Assembly: GCA_964057225.1 (NCBI GenBank)
Contig: OZ059894.1
Location: forward strand, 12,214,001 to 12,278,000
Length of the DNA: 64,000 bases
Source: Auanema rhodensis
Lineage: Eukaryota; Animalia; Nematoda
Direction of reading: 5' to 3'
In this document: positions 1 to 7,032 of the stretch, one piece after another
Layout: each line of letters begins with the position of its first letter
How positions within the stretch are numbered: the first letter of the stretch is position 1
The notes under the pieces: model-generated
Seen by the model: the letters and a program-made list of their open reading frames with translations, nothing else
What the model was told of the DNA's origin: nothing
Database searches by the model: none
Made by a program: the position numbers and the translations under genes

Positions 1-94
1 GTATCTAGAACAACCACTCTTGTAATATTAGAGCACATATCAATCAACAACTTTTTCTAGTTATCAAAGCTTTTTTATTTCTTCAAGATATTTC

Positions 95-109
95 AAATAA
101 AATATAAAA
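95..109 (-). terminator. Pol III oligo-T terminator of 5S (same after every 5S copy)
   Basis: The minus strand reads ...GTAAGC TTTT ATA TTTT ATTT. Confidence 0.8.
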
Positions 110-227
110 GCTTACGACACCCGGGATTCCCAAGCCGTCTCCGATCCAAGTACTAACCGGGCCCAACGTTGCTTGACTTGCCAGATCGGACGGGATGGCG
201 TACTTTCAACGTGGTATGGTCGTAAGC
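109..227 (-). rRNA. 5S: 5S rRNA
   Basis: 119 nt GCTTACGACCATACCACGTTGAAAG...AGTACTTGGATCGGAGAC...GTCGTAAGCT; terminal stem, box A and box C, T-run; close to nematode 5S. Confidence 0.98.
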
Positions 228-249
228 AATGTTATATTCTTCATTATCA

Positions 250-257
250 GTTATATC
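250..257 (-). promoter_or_regulatory. TATA-like element about -24 to -28 of 5S (same in every copy)
   Basis: GATATAAC on the minus strand, conserved in both A and B flanks. Confidence 0.4.
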
Positions 258-468
258 ACTCTAAATCTTGTTGTTAATAGTTAGGACCACAAAGAAAACA
301 ACAGGAACAGTAACAAATGAAATGCCCAAACTTTACAGTGTTCGAGTTATTTACAGTATCTAAGACTACCTCTGTCGTGTTATTAGAGCAAACATTCGAT
401 TAACAACAACTTTTTTTTAGTTATCAAAGCTTTTTTATTTCTTCAAAAAATTTCAAATAAAATATAAA

Positions 469-587
469 AGCTTACGACACCCGGGATTCCCAAGCCGTCT
501 CCGATCCAAGTACTAACCGGGCCCAACGTTGCTTGACTTGCCAGATCGGACGGGATGGCGTACTTTCAACGTGGTATGGTCGTAAGC
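469..587 (-). rRNA. 5S: 5S rRNA
   Basis: Identical to 109-227. Confidence 0.98.
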
Positions 588-729
588 AATGTCATATTCT
601 TCATTATCAGTTATATCACTCTAAATCTTGTTGTTAATAGATACGACCACAAAGAAAACAACAGGAACAGTAACAATAACAAAAAAAATTTTTTTTTCAC
701 CTATGTGTCTAAAGGTTAGCCATGTATCC

Positions 730-732
<3 letters not shown>

Positions 733-777
<45 letters not shown>
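733..777. repeat. (TA)n microsatellite, one per unit, n about 13-26
   Basis: (TA)22 here; (TA)13 at 14426-14452; (TA)26 at 21835-21887, 29277-29329 and 31763-31815. Confidence 0.97.
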
Positions 778-779
<2 letters not shown>

Positions 780-872
780 ACAGTAAAAAGTCCAATCAAG
801 AGAGAAATTTTTTCAACACATAGTTGTTTTTTTTTTAAATATCATTGTTTTTCCTCATAACTCGGTTTAAAC

Positions 873-933
873 TCGTTCTAACCCGTTGAAATACGTCTAG
901 AAAGTCTTTATAACATGCATATGTATGATAGAA
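873..933. repeat. Diverged 61-bp spacer repeat, copy 1 (in each unit)
   Basis: 52/61 identical to 1489-1549. Confidence 0.85.
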
Positions 934-1488
934 CTTCATATTTATTGTAATAGAAAATTTTATTTTCAGACGTCTTGGTTAACAATGATATGTTTTACCC
1001 CCTTATAATTTTTATCATAATGTTCCTTATACGGAACGCTCAATGAAACTTGCTTCCAGAAAAATTTCTTTCTATTTTTTCTTCATATGTACGTAGATAC
1101 TATAGAGAACTATGATAGAAAACTTTAACATTCACGAAATCATCATTTCTCATTACGCTACGGAGGTTTAAAAAGCTGTGTTTTACCTTATAATAGACCG
1201 GAAAACCCTTGTGTTAAAACTGGACCGTTTTTACACATATAAAAATGTCCCGTATTCGGGACCCTAATGTAACTTTTGATTCCCTATATTTTTTTTCATG
1301 AAATTTACAATCTACTGTAGAAAGAAGAATTATTTTTATAAAAACTGTAAATTTTTGAAAAATGAAAACAAAACGAAAACAAAAACAACTTTTTTTTGAA
1401 CATTTTCTCACACAAGGGTCCCCCCTTACCTACTTTTTTTCTCATTACTCGTTTCAACCTCATCCGATCACTCTGCAAACATGTTTAA

Positions 1489-1549
1489 TCGTTCTAACTT
1501 GTTGAAATACGTCTTAAAAGTCTAAACAACATGCATATGCATAATAGAA
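1489..1549. repeat. Diverged 61-bp spacer repeat, copy 2 (in each unit)
   Basis: 52/61 identical to 873-933; includes the palindrome atgcatatgcat. Confidence 0.85.
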
Positions 1550-1604
1550 ACCACCCGAATAGGCCCCCACGCACTAAACGAGATATATACATTACCAGTA
1601 TAGT

Positions 1605-1644
1605 AATAGAACACATATTGAAGATTAATTCGATAAGAACAATT
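1605..1644 (-). pseudogene. Degenerate U2 fragment (about nt 39-78), repeated in the spacer of every unit (e.g. 7858-7897)
   Basis: aatagaacacatattgaagattaattcgataagaacaatt vs U2 aatggaacacatatcgaaggttaattcgataagaacgatt: 36/40 identical. Confidence 0.9.
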
Positions 1645-1914
1645 TATTGACGTAGAGAATGTTTGTTCCGAAAAACTACAATATTAAACTATAAAAGTAA
1701 CAAAAGCGTAGAGGCAGCAAAGACATGAATAAACATAAATGTAAATACAGAATTACCAGGTAGTACATAAGTATGACAAAAAATTATAAGAAAGCCATGA
1801 AAATAGAAGGTTTGTGAACAAATGAGAGGTACATCTTTGATCGTATAGTCATTTCTAAACCGTTCGTATGCTGCAGCATCGTCATAAGCGTCACTCAAGT
1901 TGAATTTCCATGTG
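1645..1914 (-). mobile_element. Putative 5'-truncated relic of an older U2-targeted retro-insertion (present in every unit)
   Basis: Bracketed on the minus strand by GTGTAGTA (1915-1922) and degenerate U2 from nt 39/40 onward; ends in TCAATAA(A) like the intact element. Confidence 0.45.
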
Positions 1915-1961
1915 TACTACACGATTTTCATTCTTATTGTTACATTCTTTCCCTGAGGGAA

Positions 1962-2110
1962 TGGGCCGTTCCCGCCAGCAGTGCAAGAGCGGGTCGACCC
2001 GTGAGGTGGAGCTAGCAAGCCAGCATCTACCTCAAGTCTCAAAAATCGGTTAACCTTATTGTGAACCAATGGAACACATATCGAAGGTTAATTCGATAAG
2101 AACGATTACT
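1962..2110 (-). pseudogene. U2: 3' part (nt 36-184) of the interrupted U2 snRNA gene
   Basis: Identical to the intact copies; contains stems IIa and IIb, the Sm site and stems III and IV, but lacks the first 35 nt. Confidence 0.95.
2050..2110 (-). repeat. 61-bp direct repeat (U2 nt 36-96), copy at the element 3' side
   Basis: ttaaccttattgtg...gaacgattact is identical to 5832-5892. Confidence 0.95.
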
Positions 2111-2500
2111 GGTTTATTGAATAACTAATGTTATGATACAATAAATAACCAATAAAAAAGAGCCCAGAATCGGGGAGACGGTATTACCTGTACAACTTAA
2201 AACAGCAAGTGATTAAAAAGTACAAAATAAAACACATTACCAACAGAGGCTAAAACGACTCAAGAGTCGGGGGAGTGGGTTAAAAAAAGTAATGAATAAC
2301 AAAAAAATGAATAATAAAGCAGAACAGTGAAAAGTAAATATCAAGTGCCGCTATGATCAAACAATTTGAGTGCCTACGGCAATGGTGTTAAAAATAAACA
2401 ACAAAATACATGTACCAATGAAGGTCAGAAAGAGAGAAAGAAAAAAGACAAAAATAAGTAATACAAAAAGTAAATATATTACAATCAAATTACAAACAAG
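2111..2500 (-). other. Retrotransposon 3' UTR (390 nt, U-rich on the sense strand) ending AATAAACC, no poly(A) tail
   Basis: Lies between the stop codon and the U2 junction; tttatt at 2113-2118 is AATAAA on the minus strand. Confidence 0.85.
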
Positions 2501-5500
2501 TCAATGGATAATTTCTTCTTCATACTGCCTTACACCAGAAACATGTTCCACGTAGATATTCCTGGCCCACTTGATGGTATCGGCGACGACGAGCTTCTCC
2601 ATTAGCCGGTTGTAGTGGCTGCTGATCTTGAGTGATCGGAGGGCTTGTCCGTTGAGCGGGTCCATAGTTCCAAGCATTCCTACGACATACGCTTCTACAC
2701 TAGTCTTATAACCAAGACATTGGTATTGGCTGGCTATGTCAGCATATTTCCTCTCCTTTATCATACGCGCGGCTATCATGGCTTGTCGGCGGTTTTCATA
2801 GCTCACTGTAACATCAACGATACTACAGTGTTTTGCGTCATGATCGACCACTACTATGTCAGGTCGGAGTGTACTATTAATGCCAGGAAGAGGCTGGTTA
2901 GTGTAAACTTCTCCGTTTTTAGGCTCTGGCAGGGCTTTGATAAGACGGTCCACGATGTTGTTGTGGCGGAGTTGGATTGCTCTCGTGTGAAAGTGGCAGT
3001 GTCCAAGAACATGTGCAGCAGTTTCGTTGGGGTAACTACACCTGCGGCACTGTTTGTTTCCTTCTCCGTGTCTTCTACAGCCATTGAGCTGGAGAGTATT
3101 AAGTCGAGCCTTGTGGATGAATCGCCAATCAGCAAACCGTATGAAATCTCCCTTCGCCATAAAGTGATTGGACGCTTTGTTGAGCATTGTGACATCAAAG
3201 ACTTTCCCTTGATCCGGTTTTTGAAGAAGGATCCGAAGGTCTTTCAGCCATAATGCACGTCGCAGGCTTCTGTGGCATAGTGAAGGTGTTAACAGTTGGT
3301 TGTTTAGATTGAGTTCTAAACCACTTTCGAGGCATGTCCAGTTAGCGTTGATGAGTTTTTTGAGTTGACGCATCGCTACTCTTACTCTAGTCCAGATGGA
3401 GGAAACATCAGATGTTTCGGTGTCGAAAATGCCATCAACGGAACCGTTGTAATATGCAGCTGTCTCATCGTTACTGGCTTGACGTTTAATCCTTTTTGAT
3501 GCTACTTTTTTTGAGTCTTGATGCGCAATATCAGCTACCACAAGATCAGATGACTTCAAAAGTTGGTAGGCATGAGTGACTTCACAGACGTCTGACAGGT
3601 GTTGGAGTCGAGAGAGACCAAGTCCGCCGTAGTTAGTTGGCAGGTAGATTGGTTCAGCACTGGCGTTTGGAGGATAGTGCATCCATCTACGGGCACAGCG
3701 TTTGAGTTCTTTGTCAAAGGCGACTAGTTTACTCTTTGGGACGTGGCCATTCGTCATATGAAAATTAAGGCAGGGCATCAGGAAGGTGCGTACTGCGTCA
3801 GCTTTCTGCCATTCAGCCAGTAAGGATTTGTCAATTTTTTCCAAGTGTTGACTCATAATATTCATTGTTGGAACCGCAGACTTATGTAAATGCATTCCAG
3901 TAGGGATTCCCAGGTGGGAGTAGCTGTCAAATTTGCTGAGAGCGGGTAGAGAGCAGCTCTGAAGCATGTATGAGGCTGTTGATATTTTCCCTTTGTCGAT
4001 CGTCAAAGTGGCGCATTTCGCTGGTTTGAAGGTCAAGCCTGTGAAATTAGCCGCATTTGATGCTGCGTCCAACATTTTCTGTAGATCTTCTGATGATGAG
4101 GAGACCAGGGCAAGGTCATCGGCGTACGCTAGCACAGCGATGTTGTTATTGTGTAGCTTATAGCCTGTAGAGGTTTCCAAGATGGTTTTAATTAGAGGTT
4201 CAATGGCAAGGTTGAACAGGATCGGAGATAGTGGGGATCCTTGTAACACACCTGCGTGAACTGGAATGGTCGAAGTGAGTCCGGAGCCTGTCTGGATTAT
4301 TGTAGAGGCATCTGTGTATAGAGCTCGTACTCGGGATATTGAGGCTTCAGCCATTCCTGACCATCTTAGAACGTCTAGCAGAGTTTCGTGTGGCAGCGAT
4401 CCAAAAGCGTTTGCGAGATCAAGCCAAGCAATTGCAATTTTCTCACGTTTACGTTTAGCGTCTGCAATGGTACTTTGCAACAAAAAGTTGTGTTCCATGC
4501 ATCCAGCTTTGGCCACAAAGCCCTTTTGGGAGGGAGAAAGTCTTTTTTCTGCTCTTGCCCATGTTAGCAGTCGATGCGTAAGACAAGCTGAGTACGTCTT
4601 ACCAATTGTGCACGAAAGTGCTATTGGTCGCCAGTTGTTAATGTCAGCTTTATCACCTTTCTTATGGATGAGGACGGTGGTCGACTCTTTCCAGGAAAAA
4701 GGGATGTGTCCTAGCTTGTGTACGGTGTTAAATATCGCTGCTAATATGTGACCTCCTTGGTCAAATTTCTTCCAGTGCGAGTATCGAAGTCCATCAGCTC
4801 CTGGAGCCGTATCGCTGCAACGTCGTATGCGTTCCCAGACTTCCAAAGGGGTGAAAACACCTTCTAATGGGTCGGTACTAGCTGGCAAATCCGGTCTGGT
4901 GACTGTGATGGGGAGGGCTGGGCCTTGACTGCTGTGAACAGAAAGGAAGTGTTTTTCAACCTCTGCAGATGGTATGGTGCAGGTTTCACTTTGTTCTCCG
5001 AGCAGTTGTCGAAAGGCTTTCTTCTTGTTGGCCCTCCAAAGCTTCTGGATCTTCATCGCCTGGGTTTTTTGGTCTTTCTCAGGTTGTGTGTGTGGTCGGC
5101 GCCTTTGTCGGAAGTTGGGAACTTTGATCATAATGTCAAGAGACTTTCTGATTGTGTCTACCAACTCTTCCAGGACCTGCTCGAGCTCACTTTTGCACAC
5201 TACCTTTTTAATTCTATCCACCCAAATATTTTCAGAGTTTCTATTTGGATCAGGGTCGGCAAAAGATGGTTCTGTACTCGGAACCCTGATCTCGTTGAAT
5301 ATTTCACTCTCTCGCGGAAGGGGGGAAACTTCGGCCTCTGGGGACAAGTCCAGAATTGGGGCCTCAAACAAGCGTACCGTTGATGGAGATCCTTGTTCCT
5401 GTCCACTGGATGATGTTTCCTCCATTGTACGCTCCTCCACGGGCGGGGTGGTCGTCCTTGTGCCTGGTGGGCGGGTGTTCCTGATCCTCCGCAATATAGG

Positions 5501-5779
5501 GCGGGAACTGGGCTCTCTCGGAGATAGAGGTGAGATCACCACAGTTTCCTCTATGATGCGGAGGCATCCTTCAGCTTTTTTCTGATGGCTTTTAACGGCC
5601 TTCAGATTGCTGGTGAGGCCACAGGCACGGCACTCAAATTCTACTCCGACCTCATGTTCTCTCCGAAGATGGCGGACGAGACCATTGTGGTCTGAGTAGG
5701 ATCGCGGAATAGGAGCGCAGATTGAACAAGAAAAAGGGCTCTGAAGAGGCACCTTCAGCTTGTAAAGCCCTTGCTCCAT
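2501..5779 (-). CDS. 1092-aa retrotransposon protein: C2H2 and CCHC zinc fingers, P/S/E-rich linker, reverse transcriptase, CCHC zinc knuckle, PD-(D/E)xK restriction-like endonuclease
   Basis: Zinc fingers CSIC..HLRREH and CRAC..H..C. RT motifs APGADG, LIHKKGD..NWRPIAL, QKGF, WLDLANAFGSLPH, GVLQGSPLSPILFN, YADD, GLTFKPAKC, YSHLG. Knuckle CRRCSYPNETAAHVLGHC. RLE motifs RHN, RPDIVV, DVTVSYE, KERKY. The C-terminus DTIKWARNIYVEHVSG resembles Utopia proteins as I recall them. No internal stops. Confidence 0.97.
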   Translation of the reverse strand: MEQGLYKLKVPLQSPFSCSICAPIPRSYSDHNGLVRHLRREHEVGVEFECRACGLTSNLKAVKSHQKKAEGCLRIIEETVVISPLSPREPSSRPILRRIRNTRPPGTRTTTPPVEERTMEETSSSGQEQGSPSTVRLFEAPILDLSPEAEVSPLPRESEIFNEIRVPSTEPSFADPDPNRNSENIWVDRIKKVVCKSELEQVLEELVDTIRKSLDIMIKVPNFRQRRRPHTQPEKDQKTQAMKIQKLWRANKKKAFRQLLGEQSETCTIPSAEVEKHFLSVHSSQGPALPITVTRPDLPASTDPLEGVFTPLEVWERIRRCSDTAPGADGLRYSHWKKFDQGGHILAAIFNTVHKLGHIPFSWKESTTVLIHKKGDKADINNWRPIALSCTIGKTYSACLTHRLLTWARAEKRLSPSQKGFVAKAGCMEHNFLLQSTIADAKRKREKIAIAWLDLANAFGSLPHETLLDVLRWSGMAEASISRVRALYTDASTIIQTGSGLTSTIPVHAGVLQGSPLSPILFNLAIEPLIKTILETSTGYKLHNNNIAVLAYADDLALVSSSSEDLQKMLDAASNAANFTGLTFKPAKCATLTIDKGKISTASYMLQSCSLPALSKFDSYSHLGIPTGMHLHKSAVPTMNIMSQHLEKIDKSLLAEWQKADAVRTFLMPCLNFHMTNGHVPKSKLVAFDKELKRCARRWMHYPPNASAEPIYLPTNYGGLGLSRLQHLSDVCEVTHAYQLLKSSDLVVADIAHQDSKKVASKRIKRQASNDETAAYYNGSVDGIFDTETSDVSSIWTRVRVAMRQLKKLINANWTCLESGLELNLNNQLLTPSLCHRSLRRALWLKDLRILLQKPDQGKVFDVTMLNKASNHFMAKGDFIRFADWRFIHKARLNTLQLNGCRRHGEGNKQCRRCSYPNETAAHVLGHCHFHTRAIQLRHNNIVDRLIKALPEPKNGEVYTNQPLPGINSTLRPDIVVVDHDAKHCSIVDVTVSYENRRQAMIAARMIKERKYADIASQYQCLGYKTSVEAYVVGMLGTMDPLNGQALRSLKISSHYNRLMEKLVVADTIKWARNIYVEHVSGVRQYEEEIIH

Positions 5780-5831
5780 CTCTAGCAGATCTAAAGACTT
5801 ACGTAGTACAGTTGCAATATCGATTTAGCCA
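5780..5831 (-). other. Retrotransposon-specific 5' UTR (52 nt)
   Basis: Non-U2 sequence between U2 nt 96 (5832) and the ATG (5779). Confidence 0.8.
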
Positions 5832-5892
5832 TTAACCTTATTGTGAACCAATGGAACACATATCGAAGGTTAATTCGATAAGAACGATTACT
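5832..5892 (-). repeat. 61-bp direct repeat (U2 nt 36-96), copy at the element 5' side
   Basis: Identical to 2050-2110. Confidence 0.95.
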
Positions 5893-5927
5893 ACACTTTG
5901 ATCTTAGCCAAAAGGCCGAGAAGCGAT
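5832..5927 (-). pseudogene. U2: 5' part (nt 1-96) of the interrupted U2 snRNA gene
   Basis: ATCGCTTCTCGGCCTTTTGGCTAAGATCAAAGTGTAGTA...AAGGTTAA, then element sequence; no Sm site. Confidence 0.95.
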
Positions 5928-6010
5928 ACAGCATAGCCATGAGTATCAAAGACATCAAGCAAATGTATCGTACTTGTTACGAGTGCACTCTCTCATTTGA
6001 ATATAAAAGT
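5928..6010 (-). promoter_or_regulatory. U2 proximal promoter region (positional call; present in every unit)
   Basis: Immediately upstream of U2 +1, where snRNA PSEs lie; no specific motif recognised. Confidence 0.4.
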
Positions 6011-6369
6011 GTGGTTTGACAATCTTGACTGTACAGGTCATAAATGGCTCATATAAACTGTGGATTTACTCAACTTTTGGACTTATTTTTTTCTTATTCG
6101 AAGCGCTGCACTTTTTTCTATTCTTTTTATTCAAATACTTGTATATAGTTTTATATGTACGGTTGCAAAGTTTCCGAATATTTTATATATTTTTATACAA
6201 TAATTAGGAGAAGGTTAATACAATGAAATCTCCCAACTTTACAGTGTTTGTATTGCTTACAGTATCTAGAACAACCACTCTTGTAATATTAGAGCACATA
6301 TCAATCAACAACTTTTTCTAGTTATCAAAGCTTTTTTATTTCTTCAAGATATTTCAAATAAAATATAAA

Positions 6370-6488
6370 AGCTTACGACACCCGGGATTCCCAAGCCGTC
6401 TCCGATCCAAGTACTAACCGGGCCCAACGTTGCTTGACTTGCCAGATCGGACGGGATGGCGTACTTTCAACGTGGTATGGTCGTAAGC
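6370..6488 (-). rRNA. 5S: 5S rRNA
   Basis: Array copy. Confidence 0.97.
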
Positions 6489-6729
6489 AATGTTATATTC
6501 TTCATTATCAGTTATATCACTCTAAATCTTGTTGTTAATAGTTAGGACCACAAAGAAAACAACAGGAACAGTAACAAATGAAATGCCCAAACTTTACAGT
6601 GTTCGAGTTATTTACAGTATCTAAGACTACCTCTGTCGTGTTATTAGAGCAAACATTCGATTAACAACAACTTTTTTTTAGTTATCAAAGCTTTTTTATT
6701 TCTTCAAAAAATTTCAAATAAAATATAAA

Positions 6730-6848
6730 AGCTTACGACACCCGGGATTCCCAAGCCGTCTCCGATCCAAGTACTAACCGGGCCCAACGTTGCTTGACTT
6801 GCCAGATCGGACGGGATGGCGTACTTTCAACGTGGTATGGTCGTAAGC
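6730..6848 (-). rRNA. 5S: 5S rRNA
   Basis: Array copy. Confidence 0.97.
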
Positions 6849-6990
6849 AATGTCATATTCTTCATTATCAGTTATATCACTCTAAATCTTGTTGTTAATA
6901 GATACGACCACAAAGAAAACAACAGGAACAGTAACAATAACAAAAAAAATTTTTTTTTCACCTATGTGTCTAAAGGTTAGCCATGTATCC

Positions 6991-7032
<42 letters not shown>

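Larger units (their letters stand above)
2111..5831 (-). mobile_element. Non-LTR retrotransposon with restriction-like endonuclease inserted in a U2 snRNA gene (Utopia-like); apparently full length
   Basis: Sequence absent from all other units and bounded by U2 sequence on both sides (U2 nt 1-96 at 5832-5927, nt 36-184 at 1962-2110). Single RT+RLE ORF co-oriented with U2. The 3' end is ambiguous by about 4 nt (AGTA). Confidence 0.95.
6233..6937. repeat. Internal ~360-bp tandem duplication carrying the two 5S genes (example unit)
   Basis: The 5S genes are exactly 360 bp apart. Flanks align (actttacagtgtt ... aacagtaacaa) with fixed A/B differences. Confidence 0.92.

Noticed and set aside
864-890. 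Possible spliced-leader exon (ggtttaaactcgttctaacccgttg)
   Set aside because: Only GGTTTAA matches SL1, no donor GT plus Sm-site arrangement was recognised, and it lies in the degenerate spacer repeat.
2370-5585. Antisense and alternative-frame ORFs (up to 203 aa) overlapping the retrotransposon
   Set aside because: Shadow ORFs of the long coding sequence with no recognisable motifs.
2111-5831. R2, R4 or NeSL assignment, or a 5S-targeting element
   Set aside because: The flanks are U2, not 28S/18S rDNA, SL1 or 5S. No Ulp1-like protease domain is seen and all 5S copies are uninterrupted.
5780-5831. HDV-like ribozyme or cis-intron in the 5' UTR
   Set aside because: Only 52 nt with no nested double pseudoknot evident; GTAAGT..AG spans just 12-23 nt, too short for an intron.
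2050-5892. 61-bp flanking repeats as LTRs
   Set aside because: They are host U2 sequence, and the element has no gag, protease, integrase, PBS or TG..CA ends.
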